This document shows, piece by piece, positions 1 through 13,727 of a stretch of 64,000 bases of DNA. The notes beneath the pieces are model-generated. The model was not told where the DNA came from. It searched no databases and saw only the letters and a list, made by a program, of their open reading frames with translations. The position numbers and the translations under genes were made by a program. Source of the stretch: Octopus sinensis (taxonomy: Eukaryota); the NCBI RefSeq assembly GCF_006345805.1, contig NC_043002.1, positions 109,492,001-109,556,000 on the forward strand, given 5' to 3'. Within the stretch, counting starts at the first letter, position 1. Each line of letters begins with the position of its first letter.

Positions 1-675
1 CTCTAATCCGTGCTGCCCAAGAGCAAGCACTAAGAACAAACTACATAAAATACAGAGTAGACAACACACTAGAAAGTGATAAGTGCAGAATCTGTGGACA
101 AAATGGTGAAACCGTATGGTATACTACCAGCCAATGTACACCACTAGCCCAGAAGGAATATAAGATACGCCACGACAATATAGCAAGGCTTGTCTATTGG
201 ACACTTTGCAATAAGTATGGACTTGACAGAGCAAAAAATTGGTACGAACATAAACCCGAGAACATCATCGAAAATGATAATGCAAAGATCCTATGAGATT
301 TTATGATTCAGTGCGACCATGAGATAGAGAATAGGAAGCCAGACATAGTATTAACTGAGAAAGAAAGCAAACTTTACGATAGGAAGGTATGCGATAAGGA
401 AGAAAGAAAAGTCGATAGATATGACAGGTTAGCTTGGGAGGTTAAGCAGCTGTGGTCGATGAAAAAGGTGGTAGTAGTACCAATAACTGTCGGAGCCCTG
501 ATAACAGCGAGTAAAAATCTTGAGAAGTACATGGAAAAAATAGGCGCTACAGTAAGGGTGGAGCACTTGCAGAAAACAGCACTGCTTGGAACGGGTCGAA
601 TACTCTGGATGTCGAAAAGATGAGGTGTTACCTTAGTTCACTGGTAGTGAACAGAGTTAGAAGCTGTGAAAAGGC
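1..675 (+). mobile_element. R4/Dong-clade non-LTR retrotransposon, 3' part (CCHC + REL endonuclease), degenerate
   Basis: KCRICGQNGETV..QC..RHDNIA zinc knuckle, RKPDIV motif and LQKTALLGTGRIL C-terminus; ends at (TAA)n. Confidence 0.85.
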
Positions 676-737
676 AATAATAATAATAATGATGATGATG
701 ATGATGATGATGATGATAATGATAATAATAATAATAA

Positions 738-1293
738 ATGCTTTGATGCAGTACCAGAAAGTGGCTCTCGTGGCTTCTGATCTTAACTGATTGCCAATGT
801 TGTCATATACATTGTTTTGTCTTGGTATAAAAGATGGGCTACACTTAATATTCTGCTTAATACCACAGATTTGCTTGTCAGTTGTTTGACCTTAAACACT
901 TGAGTATGTCCCTTAGTGACTGATGATATGTACATCCTTGATCCCGAGCAGAAGTGGCGAGGGAGCATCATAGCCACGTGTTGAGGGGAATTCTGTGGGG
1001 TTTAGATAATTCACCTTTGGAAACATGGATGTTTCGTCCAACATCCTTAAACAACACTTATTCGAGGACCTTTTGAGCGGGATGGGCTACTCAACCTGAA
1101 AAAAATTCTAACTCGGCTCCACCTGCAAGGTCATGTGCTGTTTATCTTGATATGAGATCAGCATGTCGCGCACATATGGTTGTGATGCATGTGTCTGGTG
1201 TACCCTTATCAGACGAGTAGTCATTATGGGAATATTGGGCTTCGTATATTTTACACCTGTGTCAATTTCATGGCATGCACTGCTCTCTCACTC
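738..1293 (+). mobile_element. ~550 bp non-coding repeat flanked by (TAA)n, copy 1
   Basis: Near-identical to 29607-30147 and 29147-29559; ends ctgctctctcactc followed by AAT repeats. Confidence 0.8.
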
Positions 1294-1335
1294 AATAAAA
1301 ATAAAAATAACAATAATAATAACAATAATAATAAT

Positions 1336-1703
1336 CTTTTCTACCGAAGGCACAAGGCTTGAAACTTTTGGAGAGAAGTAGTCAATAACATCGACTCCAG
1401 TGTTTCACTGGTACTTAATTTATCGAACCCGAAAGGATGAAAAGCAAAGTCGATCTCAGCGGAATTTGAACCCAGAACGTAGCGGCAGACAAAATACCTA
1501 TTTCTTTACTACCCATAAGGGGCTAAACACAGATTAAGTCGATTATATCGATCCCAGTGCGTAACTGGTACTTAATTTATCGATCCCGAAAGGATGAAAG
1601 GCAAAGTCGACCTCGGCGGAATTTGAACTCAGAACGTAACGGCAGACGAAATACGGCTACGCATTTCGCCTGGCGTACTAACGTTTCTGCCAGCTCATCA
1701 CCT
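1336..1703 (-). mobile_element. tRNA-derived SINE (Meta/MESC-like core), dimeric form
   Basis: Two copies of the rc GAGTTCAAATTCCGCCGAGGTCGACTTTGCCTTTCATCCTTTCGGG..GATAAATTAAGTACCAG unit behind one head. Confidence 0.8.
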
Positions 1704-1784
1704 TAATAATAATAATGATATTGATAATAATAATAATAATATAATAATAATAATGATGATGATAATAATAATATAATAATAATA

Positions 1785-1839
<55 letters not shown>
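1704..1839. repeat. (TAA)n microsatellite
   Basis: Direct; immediately precedes a 5'-truncated Dong copy. Confidence 0.95.
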
Positions 1840-1840
<1 letters not shown>

Positions 1841-3767
1841 TTTCAAACTTCCTGAAGCACAATATGTCGTTGTGGAATACGAATCTCCAATTATACCACT
1901 CTAATGGAGTACTTGCCTCAGAAAATATAAACATCAACTGTGGAATTTTTCAAGGTGACTCACTTTCACCTTTAATATTCTGCATAGCCCTAATACCCCT
2001 TACAAGTGAATTAAACAGAACAGGGTATGGGTATAAAATTGCCAATAAAAAAATAAGCCATCTATTTTATATGGATGACTTAAAACTTATGGTAAGACAA
2101 TAATGAACTTGAAGGCCTATTGCACACCGTGAAAGCATTCAGCGATGACATCGGGATGGAGTTTGGACTTGAGAAGTGTGCCAAGGCCACTTTCCAGAAG
2201 GGAAAGTGAAGACCACAAATTCAGTCGTGTTAGATGTTGACACAGTCATAAGAGAGCTTGAGCAAGAACAAACATACAAATATTTAGGGATAAATGAAGG
2301 CTCTGGTATTCAGCATGCAAGCATGAAAGAGAAAATCAGGAAGGAATGTTATAGGAGAGTTCGTGCAGTCCTGAAATCTGAACTAAATGCACGTAACAAG
2401 GTGTTAGCTATAAATTCCTTAGCAGTTCCAGTTGTTACTTATAGCTACAATGTGTTGAACTGGAATATGAGTGAAGTAAAGAATATAGATAGAAAAATAC
2501 GCAAGCTGCTGAGTTGTAATAGGATGCACCACCCAAAGGCAGACGTAGATCGCCTTTACCTTCCCAGAGCCCAATTTGAACTGGCTTACAAAACAACCAC
2601 AATTGGACTGGCCAAATATCTCGAAATATCGAATGACTGGATGCTAAAGCTCGTGGAAAATCACGAGAAACGAAAGAAGCTTCATTCTATCATAAAGGAA
2701 AGCAAAAAATTTGCTATTGATTTCGTGCAGGATACCCAAACTGAACAACCCGAGGGAAGTACGGCAACTATTGTTGCAAAGAAGGTGAAAATGATGGCAA
2801 TGAAGAAGCGCACGAGCAATTGGCTGATAGGTGGAGGAGAAACCTCTGCACGGCAAATATGTGACCCGCAGCAAACAAGCTGATGTTGACCAGAAGCAAA
2901 CCCATCAGTGGCTACGGAGCTCAGGGCTAAAAGCAGAGAGCGAAGGTTTCATCCTGGCTGCTCAAGATCAAAGCCTATTAACCCGGAACTACCAGGCCAA
3001 TGTGATGAAAAATGGAGCAGACCCAAAATGCCGATTCTGCAACGACATGATTGAAACAGTGGACCACCTAATCTCTGGATGTAAAGTCTTAGCACCAGTG
3101 GAGTATAAATTAACATGACAGAGTTGGCCAATATCTCCACTGGCTAATAAGTCGGCATTACAATATCAAAACTGCCGACAAGTGTATAATCACCACCCTG
3201 AGGCTGTAACTGAAGGAGAAAATGTAACCATTCTGTGGGACTTTCCAGTACATACAGACCGAACCATCAAGGCCAATAAACCAGATATTGTTGTGAAAGA
3301 CCAAAACAATAAAGTTTGCTTATTGATCGAGATGAGCATCCCCTGTGATCATAATATCTCAGCGAAAGAGTTTGACAAGCTCAGAAAATATAAAGACCTA
3401 CTCATTGAAATTGAGAAAATGTGGCATCTCAAGGTGGTTACAATACCAGTGATCGTAGGAGCACTAGGAATGATCAAGAAGGGAACCGAAAATTATATGA
3501 GAATGATCCCTGGCTTACCATCCCTGCAAGAAGTGCAAAAGATTGTCTTAACTGGTACATCACACGTATTGAGAAGAGCATTGTCGATGTGAGAACTGTT
3601 GCTGCTCATGTATTTTAATTTAACTTTAAAAAAAAAAAAAAAAAAATGAACGAACTACTGAGTTTGGTTTAATGGCCTACCAATGTATGCTATGAGTTTC
3701 TTTGCCCTAGGAGTCGGGAAGACACTCGGCAAGAAATGGAAGCAAATTTGAAAGAAGAAAAAAAAAA
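1840..3767 (+). mobile_element. R4/Dong-clade LINE, 5'-truncated (RT, thumb, CCHC, REL, 3' UTR)
   Basis: GIFQGDSLSPLIF and YMDDLKL (RT), KCRFCNDMIETVDHLISGC (CCHC), KPDIVV..LIEMSIP (REL). About four frameshifts; flanked on both sides by (TAA)n. Confidence 0.92.
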
Positions 3768-3770
3768 GTA

Positions 3771-3815
<45 letters not shown>

Positions 3816-3899
3816 TACATACACACATATATAATATGTATAAGGTTGTTTAATATATAATATGCACAATATATATAATGGTAATATATTAAATGTGTA

Positions 3900-4112
3900 A
3901 GGCGACGAGCAGGCAGAATCTTTGGCATGCCGGACAAAATGCGTTGCAGTATTTCGTCCGTCTTTATGTTCTGAGCTCAAATTCTACCGGGGTCAACTTG
4001 GCCTCTCATCCGTTTGGGATCGATAAAACAAGTACCAGTTGAGCACTGGGTTCAAGGGAATTGATTTAGATCCTTCCCCTAAATTGCTGGCCTTGTGCCA
4101 ACATTTGAAAAC
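3900..4112 (+). mobile_element. tRNA-derived SINE (Meta-like core), diverged
   Basis: Head ggcgacgagcaggcagaatc, B-box-like gagctcaaattc, and gcctctcatccgtttgggatcgataaaacaagtaccag core. Confidence 0.7.
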
Positions 4113-4376
4113 CAATATATGTTATGTACACTAATAAGAATATACATTTTTTTTCCAAAACCACCCAAGATCTCAGGGACTCCTGCTGCAATCCAAAGCT
4201 GTACACATATGTAACACACATCTGTTATGTTATACTCTTTGTAAAATATAATATCTCGAATTTACAATTTCATAAACTTATAAACGTTTAAAACCTTCTG
4301 TAAATCCCATAAAATGGTCAACACACATACATGTACATACATGTATGTGTACATGTGATGCATGTTGTTTACATTT

Positions 4377-4750
4377 GAGTGGCTGTGTGGTAAGTAGCTT
4401 GTCTACCAACCACATGGTTGCGGGTTCAGTCCCACTGCCTGGCACCTTGGGCAAGTGTCTTCTACTATAGCCTCGGGCCGACCAAAGCCTTGTGAGTGGA
4501 TTTGGTAGACGGAAACTGGAAGAAGCCCGTCGTATATATGTATATATATGTATGCGAGTGTGTATTTGTGTGTCTGTGTTTGTCCCTTAGCATTGCTTGA
4601 CAACCGATGCTGGTGTGTTTATGTCCCCGTTACTTAGCGGTTCGGCAAAAGAGACCGATAGAATAAGTACTGGGCTTACAAAAGAATAAGTCTCGGGGTC
4701 GAGTTGCTCGACTAAAGCCGCAGTCAAATGACTGAAACAGGTAAAAGAAT
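4377..4750 (+). mobile_element. tRNA-derived SINE (CORE-like)
   Basis: gagtggctgtgtggtaag head, gggttcagtccc B-box, ccttgggcaagtgtcttc CORE-like segment. Same family as 34274, 48865 and 63347. Confidence 0.8.
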
Positions 4751-5545
4751 AAAAAAGAAAGAATCAGCAGAAGTTACACTGTGACTCAGGGACCAAAAGT
4801 TTCACGCCGTTGGCATTTATCAAGCACGTGTCAACATTTAACGCATGAATCTCTCCGCTCTTTGTATCACTCTCTAACTTCTACCGATTATTTATAAAAC
4901 ACACACATACGCACACACTCACACACACATACGCACACACTCACACACACATACGCACACACTCACACACACATACGCACATGTTTTGAGTTCTATCTTT
5001 TCTGTTTGTATCACCAAACATACAAGGACATTTGCATGTATTAGTAGAGTGCAATTAAACTATATTTGACACAGAACACACATTGATATTTTACCAATAC
5101 TTACAAAAGATTCACGTCTAACGCAAAGGAAATAACAATTACAAAAAATTCCTACTTGAATTACTGCTCCATATCTGTGTATCATATAACTCATTCAAGA
5201 CCACCAAACAGTGTTTTAAGTCCCGTAAAGTCTGTAATCTCACATAGCCTTATCAAAAAGGGAGACAGATTATCTACATTTTAAAGTGAAAGGTTAGATA
5301 ATTGCAATGTCTGCGCATGAAACCAATGGTACGATTATAAATCCACAACTAAAGAAAGTATTTATACACTAAATGTGATGTTTAGAATTCATTAACACCG
5401 ATCGCTACTATAACACACACACAGATACACACACATACACACACTCGCACGCACGCACACACACTCACGCACGCACATACACATAAACGCACATGCACGC
5501 ACACGCATGTATGTATGTGTGTGTGTGTGTGTGTCTATATATATA

Positions 5546-5610
5546 TTTAATATAATAAATGCGAAAACTAATTTCTGTGTGTCAGTTTGTCATACGTAGA
5601 GCCCCTCTCT
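5546..5610 (+). mobile_element. Helitron-like 5' end fragment
   Basis: taatataataaatgcgaaaactaatttctgtgtgt, also found at 6508. Confidence 0.45.
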
Positions 5611-5942
5611 CACTATCCAATGACACTCCTACTATTCCGCATGATGGGGTGAGAGTAATATTAAGCATAGAGAGAGAGAGAGAAAGAGAGAAAGAGAGGG
5701 AAAGAAAGAGAGACAAAGAAATTTAGGAGGAGTAGATGTTTTATCAAAAGTAGTAGTGTTGATGGTGGCAGTGGGAGTAATAATAATAATAATAATAAGA
5801 GAGAGAGAAGGTATGTGAGAGAAAAAGGGGATGATGTACAACTTTGTTTAGCCATGTCTCTTTGACAGAAATTCCTGTTGCCAACATACTGAATACTATC
5901 ATTTTTGTTTTATTTTTTGCTTTCTTTAACACACACACACAC

Positions 5943-5981
<39 letters not shown>

Positions 5982-6051
5982 TTACACTTTAATTGAAATA
6001 AAGTTTCCCCAAAATTAAACATATCTAAATGTGAATGTCTGTGTGTTCAAT

Positions 6052-6479
6052 CCTTTCTACTGGAAGCGCAAGGCCTCAAATTTTGGGGGAAGGGATTAAG
6101 TCGATTACATCGACTGCAGTACGTAACTGGTACTAATTTTATCAATCCCGAAAGGATGAAAGGCAAAGTTGACCTCGGTGGAATTCGAACTCAAAACCTA
6201 ACAGAAGACGAAATACCGCTAAGCATTTCGCACAGCGTGCTAGCGATTCTGCCAGCTGGCTGCCTTAATATAATCTTTTCTACTATAGGCACAAGGCCCG
6301 AAATTTTTGGGGAGGGGACCAGGCGATTAGATTGACCCCAGTATGCAACTGGTACTTAATTTACTGAACTCGAAAGGCAAAGCTGACCTCGGCGGAATTT
6401 GAACTCAGAACGTAAAGCCAGATGGTATACTGCTAAGCATTTCGTCCGGCCTGCTAACGTTTCTGCCAGCTCGCCGCCT
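6052..6479 (-). mobile_element. Two adjacent Meta-like SINE copies
   Basis: Two full rc head-core-tail copies, ~6052-6265 and ~6274-6479. Confidence 0.75.
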
Positions 6480-6507
6480 TAATATAATATAATAATATAA
6501 TATAATA

Positions 6508-6900
6508 TCTAATATAATAAATGCGAAAACTAATTTCTGTGTGTTAGTGTGTCACACTTTTCAACTTTACTTCTCGAGGCCGTAGCCCAACATATCAAAC
6601 CATTTTGAAATCAGGCTGACCCTGTGAGTAAATTAAAAACATTCCGGGACGAATCTGGATACACAATCCTGAAATTTTGGATTCCCAAGTTTTCATTACT
6701 GCGATTGTTTTCGGTGAAGTTTTTCCACATGATTTTTTGCGACGAATATGAACATCATTGGGATATGACTCTGGAGGAAGCAATTGCAACAAATTCTCCA
6801 AAACAAGTCAGAGATCTGTTTGCAGATCTTCCCATTCGGGGTCAGTTGCTCCAAGCTTCACCGGTTTAATATTATATATCGATGAAATGTTCAAGAGTCC
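6508..6900 (+). mobile_element. Helitron remnant with Rep/Helicase fragment
   Basis: A|TCTAATATATAATAAA-type 5' end. ORF 6624-6869 contains HWDMTLEEAIATNSPKQVRDLFA, resembling the RepHel HW..TL.EA...SP..LR.LFA motif. Confidence 0.65.
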
Positions 6901-7246
6901 AGTATAACTTAAATGTAATGGTGTTTATTGTTTAAAACAGGCACTAATTAGGCTTATTACTACGGAGTATAATGATTATTAACATTCAAGCGCACACACA
7001 TTAACTATCACGTTGAGTCTGTCTGTTGATGACCACCCGTTCAATTCGGAAGTGATTCTTTTGTGTCTAATTTCTCTCCCTGTTCAAATATTTAATTCGC
7101 TATTTCAAGATGCAATTTTAAATTTTAATTTATTAATTCTTAATTGAAGGAGTTGGTTATGGAAACAATTGTAGGTAACAGAGAATTTTGAAACAATATG
7201 CAAATAAATTGAATTTTATCAATTAAAACTCTCCATTTCCACCTTA

Positions 7247-7288
<42 letters not shown>

Positions 7289-7641
7289 TATATCTATATC
7301 TATATATATATATATACACACACACATATATCTATATCTATATATATATATATACACACACATTATCGATATATCTACATATATACATATTATATATATA
7401 GGGATATAAATATATATACATGCGCAGCGAAACGCTCATATATATATATATATGTGTTTGCATGTATTATATATATATATATTATATATGGTATATATAT
7501 GTATATATGTATTATATATATATGTATTATAATATATATAGATATTATATATATATATATGTATTATGTATATATATATGTATGCCTGTATCAATATATA
7601 TATATATACATATACATATATATATATGATATACACATACA

Positions 7642-7675
<34 letters not shown>

Positions 7676-8638
7676 TGTGTGTACATGTGTGTAATATAGA
7701 GCAGTAGATTGATGAAGGAAAGCGACATGTAAAAATGTAAAAGTGCAGTATTGTCTTTCAGTGATTTGACAAGAAGAACATGTTTGAGAATCAAAGAAAT
7801 GTGCGGTGAATAGAGTGGAAAAGATCGTTGGTCAACTAACGACGCTTTTTCATTTCTACTGATGACAGACATTGAACAGTCAATGAATATTCACTTCACT
7901 GAACAGAACATTCGAGAATTCAATGAAAACATGGCGTTCTTCTCCCTTTTATTTCCCAATAGAAGCCACGGTTTTTATTATTTCTTCTGTTTGAATATAG
8001 AAATAAAGTCCGTTAGCTCAGCCTTGCTCTCCCTCACCATCGACCAAACGAAGAAGTACAGCTCTCCCTCCTCCATCGTCCTTAATTGTGCTCCCCAAAA
8101 GCTCGTTTATTTGAGAATGGTGAGAGACAACTTTTAAGAAAGTGATATGTGTATGTGTGTGTGCATGCATGCGTGCTGTGTGTGTGTGCATATGTGTTTC
8201 TGTGAGTGAGTGCATGCGTGTGTGTGTATATATATATATATATATATTAATATATATAATCTATATATACGTATACGTATACACATGTATATATATATAC
8301 GTGAATATATATATATATACATACATATATATACATAGACACGTGTATATATAATAATATATAATATATATATATATGTATATATATGCATATATATGCA
8401 GCATAAATACATACATGTACCACACACACCACACACACGAGTATATATAATATATGTAATATGTGTGTGTATGTTTGCATGCATGTATGAATGTACATAC
8501 GCAAGGGTACATAAAGCACATGTTAATGCATATACAGTGTTAATGTTAGGGACGTTCGATGTATATTTGAGTTCGAATACATACATATACATATGCATAC
8601 GTACGCGCCACATCCATCCATCCATACATACATATATA

Positions 8639-8676
<38 letters not shown>

Positions 8677-8792
8677 TATATATATATTACGCAACGCGCG
8701 TGTATATGTATGCATAAGTATATATATATATAATATATATATATATATATTGGTAAAACGGTAAGAAACAAAATATATATATATATATATTA

Positions 8793-8834
<42 letters not shown>

Positions 8835-8855
8835 TATATATATATATATATTATA

Positions 8856-8899
<44 letters not shown>

Positions 8900-8949
8900 C
8901 GCACACATACTCGGAACCATATGGTTGGTAAGTAAACTTCTTACCACAC

Positions 8950-9109
8950 ATACGACGAGCTTCTTTCAGTTTTCGCCTACAAAATCCCCCCACAAGGCTT
9001 TGGTCGGCCTGAGGCTATAGTAGAAGACACTTGTCCAAGATGGCACGCAGTGGGACTGAACCGGGAACTATGAGGTTGGTAAGCAAGCTACTTGCCACAC
9101 AGCCACTCC
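8950..9109 (-). mobile_element. CORE-like SINE, 5' half
   Basis: Reverse complement of the 4377 family. Confidence 0.75.
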
Positions 9110-9335
9110 TAAATATCTATATTTCAAGTCAGGGTAAAACAAGAACATGTTTGCTTCAAAGAAGAGTTAAAACTCTCCAAAACCACACCTCTCTCACTAC
9201 ATGTAAACATGTACGGAGAATCTAGCAAAATCCATGAGTTAACGGATGGAATTGATAAAATCCGAGCAACATATGTTAACACATGGAGGATTCGATCACA
9301 ATGTATTTTCCACACTTCGTTTTAAAAAGAGAAGA

Positions 9336-9710
9336 AGCACTCCGTCGGTTACGACGACGAGGGTTCCGGTTGATCCGATCAACGGAACAGCCTGCTCGTG
9401 AAATTAACGTGTAAGTGGCTGAGCACTCCACAGACACGTGTACCCTTAACGTAGTTCTCGGGGATATTCAGCGTGACACAGAGAGTGACAAGGCCGGCCC
9501 TTTGAAATACAGGTACAACAGAAGAGGAAGTAAGAGTGAGAGAAAATTGTGATGAAAGAGTACAGCAGGGATCACCACCATCCCCTGCCGGAGCCTCGTG
9601 GAGCTTTAGGTGTTTTCGCTCAATAAACACTCACAACGCCCGGTCTTGGAATCGAAACCGCGATCCTACGACCGCGAGTCCGCTGCCCTAACCACTGGGC
9701 CATTGTGGCT
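9336..9710 (-). mobile_element. tRNA-derived SINE (Nin/Deu-like core) with 16-bp TSD
   Basis: Near-identical to 18178-18543 and 58561-58943. TSD ccacacttcgttttaa at 9310-9325 and 9711-9726. Confidence 0.85.
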
Positions 9711-10144
9711 CCACACTTCGTTTTAATAAGCGGTGGTCAGTATAAATTCAGACGTTGTCAATATTTTTCGGGTTTATCTTCTACGGCCTTAATCTCATCC
9801 ATCGTCCAACCGAACAGAACGAATGCTGATGTGTGTATTAGTACATAAAACACTTTGTGGGCCACGTATTTATAGTATATAAAGGTATCTGAGTACCATT
9901 TTTAAATCTGCACGTTAAATTCTCAAATTTCCCTGTTACATCAATCGCTCGGTATCTGTTGCATTCCTCATCAGATATCGAAGAAATGGTCAATGATGCA
10001 ATATTCCTTGTGGTCCGCCATCCCGCTTTTATAATCATATATGAAGCGTTACCTCACCAAACTCTGTGCTAATAATCTTTGAGAAGGTGGTAACCCGGTT
10101 AAGGCCTCTGCGTCACAACATTCGCATTTTAGGTTTTTTTGTCT

Positions 10145-10186
10145 TCAGAATCTACACACATACAGAGACACACTCACACTCGCAAG

Positions 10187-10259
<73 letters not shown>

Positions 10260-10770
10260 ACACACACACACACACATACACGCACACACACAGACACAAC
10301 ATACACGCACACACACAGACAAGACACACATGCACACACACACAGACACTCGCACGCACATACACACAGACACACTCACAAGCACACACACAGACACATG
10401 CACACACACACAGACACAACACACGTACATACGGAGACACAGATACAGATACACATTCGCACACACAGACACATGCACACACATACACACAGACACACGC
10501 ACACACGCACACAGACACTCGCACACAGACACACGCATACACACTGACAACGTACACGCACACACAGAAACACAGACACAGACACACATGCACACACACA
10601 GACACACGCACACGCACATACAGACACACGCACACACACATACACACAGACACACGCACACACACAGACACAACACACGCGCATACAGAGACACGGACAG
10701 ACACTACATATAAATATATCCATCCATCCATCCATCCATCCATCCATCCATCCATCCATCCATCCATCCA
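10145..10770. repeat. Degenerate (CA)n block followed by (CCAT)n
   Basis: Direct. Confidence 0.95.
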
Positions 10771-11419
10771 TACAGAAATACCCTGTTGTTGATGTTGAAA
10801 TTCCAATGAAGGAGCCTTGACTCTAAGTCAGAAACCAGCCCTTTCTTTATTGACAAAAAAATCTTGAAGTAAACTGAACAATGACATACATACATACATA
10901 CGTACATCTTCAGATTTGAAGTAGAACTTCAGATACTCTGAGAATACAACTATCTCATGCGACCCGAAGAAGCCAAACTGGCCTACCCAAATAGAAGCTT
11001 GGAGGAAAAGCAGGCATTTGAAAAAAACTCCTCAAAAAACAAAAACGAGAAAAAAGCAAAAAACAAAACAAAAACCAGTAGGGATAGTCATGGCTAGAAC
11101 CATCATAAATGACTTCAGCCCAGGTTGACTTGGAGGCTACACATGACCACCACTAACTAGCAACCACCACAGCCAGCTGTATCGCCATTAACATGATAGA
11201 AGGACGAAGCGAATGAACTTGTACGTGGCCGAAATAGCAGCTAAACTTTACTCAATTCACATTCTATCATCTTAAAAAAGAAATGAAGGTCACATATGAA
11301 AATGTAATCTTAGTTATAGAAGGGTCAGGAAGGAGGGAAGGTCATGGTTAGTATGCCTTTGGTCATATCTCTCCTTCACCGGGGGTTGATCTGCAGCTAA
11401 ACAACAAGATCAACAATAA

Positions 11420-11481
11420 CCACGACTGCTACCACCTCTACTATTACCTCTACTATCACCATCACCACCTCATCATCATCG

Positions 11482-11526
<45 letters not shown>

Positions 11527-11563
11527 CCGCCTCATCATCATCCTCATCATCACCACCACCACC

Positions 11564-11611
<48 letters not shown>

Positions 11612-11649
11612 CCCGCCTCATCATCATCCTCATCATCACCACCACCACC

Positions 11650-11700
<51 letters not shown>

Positions 11701-11737
11701 CCGCCTCATCATCATCCTCATCATCACCACCACCACC

Positions 11738-11789
<52 letters not shown>

Positions 11790-11808
11790 TATCATCATCA
11801 CCACCACC

Positions 11809-11850
<42 letters not shown>
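11420..11850. repeat. (CAT)n microsatellite with ~90-bp higher-order repeat
   Basis: caccgcctcatcatcatcctcatcatcaccaccaccacctc recurs three times (~11525, 11611, 11700). Confidence 0.9.
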
Positions 11851-12089
11851 CCTTCACCGACACGGCGACGACGACGACATCTACCACCGCCTACACCACC
11901 ACCGCCACAGCTCCACCCCACCCCCACCCATACACTAGCGACTACTACCACAACATCCAAACAACCACCACTGACCACCGATACCTCCACATCCTAAACA
12001 ACTACCGCAATCAATCATACTCTAACAATCATCGCAATCACCACACCTTAACATCGCTGCCATCAGCACCATCCCTACCCCCACCACAA

Positions 12090-13727
12090 CTACAACCACC
12101 ACCACCACCACCACCACCACCACCAACACCACCACCACCACCCCACCACAACTACAACCACCACCACCCCACCACCACACCACACCACCACCACAACTAC
12201 AACCACCACCACCACCAACACCACCACCATACACAACACCACCACCACCACCACCACCACCACCCCACCACCATCACCACCACCACCACCACCACCACCA
12301 CCATCTCAACCACCAGTACATATAATCTTACAACCATCACCACTACCATCTCTGCCATCGCCATCATCCCCACCCCACGACAACTACAACCGCTACTACA
12401 ACCACCACCATTACATATAACCTTATAACCATCACCACCATCATCGCCACCACCACCGCCACCACCACTACCATCGCCACCACACCCCCACCACCACATT
12501 GCCATCCCCACCCCACCACACCACCACCACCACCGCCACCACACACAGCCACTCCACCACCACCACCACCACCACCGCACCACCACCACCACCGCCGCCT
12601 CCGCCACCACCACCACCACCACCACCACCACCATTGCCATCACCACCACCACCACCACCACCACCACCACCACCGCCCTCCACCCCAGATCCACCACCAC
12701 CACCACCACCACCACCACCCCGCGCCGCCGCCACCACCACCACCACCACCACCACCACCACCACACCATCACCACCACCATCTCAACCACCATTACATAT
12801 AACCTTATAACCACCACCAACCACCACCACCACCACCCACCACCCCACCACCACAACCACCACCACCACCATCACCACCACCATCACCACCACCATCTCA
12901 AAACCACCATTACATATAACCTATAAACCACCAACCACCACCACCACCACCACCACCCACCACCACCACCACCACCACATCACCACCACCACGCAACCAC
13001 CATTACATATAACCTTATAACCACCACCCCACCACCACCACCACCACCACACTACCACCACACCATCACCACCACCATCTCAACCACCATTACATATAAC
13101 CTTATAACCACCACCACACCACCACCACCACCACCACCATCACCACCACCATCTCAACCACCATAACATATAACCTTATAACCACCACCACCACCACAAC
13201 CACCACCACCACCCCCACCACCATCCACCACCACCACACCCACCAAACCACCACCACCATCACCACCACCATCATCACACCACCATTACATATACCTTAT
13301 AACCAACCACCACCACCACCACCACCCCACCACCACCATCACCACCACCATCTCAACCACCATTAATATAACCTTATAACCAACCACCACCACCACCACC
13401 ACACCACCACATCACCACCAACCATCTCAACCACCATTACATATAACCTTATAACCACCACCACCACCACACCACCACCACCACCACCACCACCACCATC
13501 ACCACCACCATCTCAACCACCATTACATATAACCTTATAACCACCACCACCACCACCACCACCACCACCACCACCACCACCACCACCACCACCATCACCA
13601 CCACCATCTCAACCACCATTACATATAACCTTATAACCACCACCCACCACCACCACCACCATCACCACCACCATCTCAACCACCATTACATATAACCTTA
13701 TAACCACCACCACCACCACCACCACAC
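12090..13727. repeat. (CAC)n-based compound minisatellite with fixed core
   Basis: Core ATCTCAACCACCATTACATATAACCTTATAA occurs about 12-13 times between variable (CAC)n spacers. Confidence 0.9.

Noticed and set aside
7140-8993. Numerous long ORFs rich in Y/I/C/V/H/T (also 10066-10806, 14221-15204, 20251-21162, 35210-36228, 53346-55349)
   Set aside because: They are translations of (TA)n/(CA)n microsatellites with no domain content.
9379-9630. Recurring ORF MFIERKHLK... (also 18222 and 58645/58694)
   Set aside because: It recurs because it lies inside three copies of one SINE; not a gene family.
9781-10040. ORF 9838-10038 as an exon or integrase
   Set aside because: No recognisable motif; at best a decayed TE fragment.
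11724-12856. Poly-Pro/Gly/Val/Asp ORFs resembling formin or extensin segments
   Set aside because: They arise from (CAT)n/(CAC)n repeats; no splice context or non-repetitive domain.
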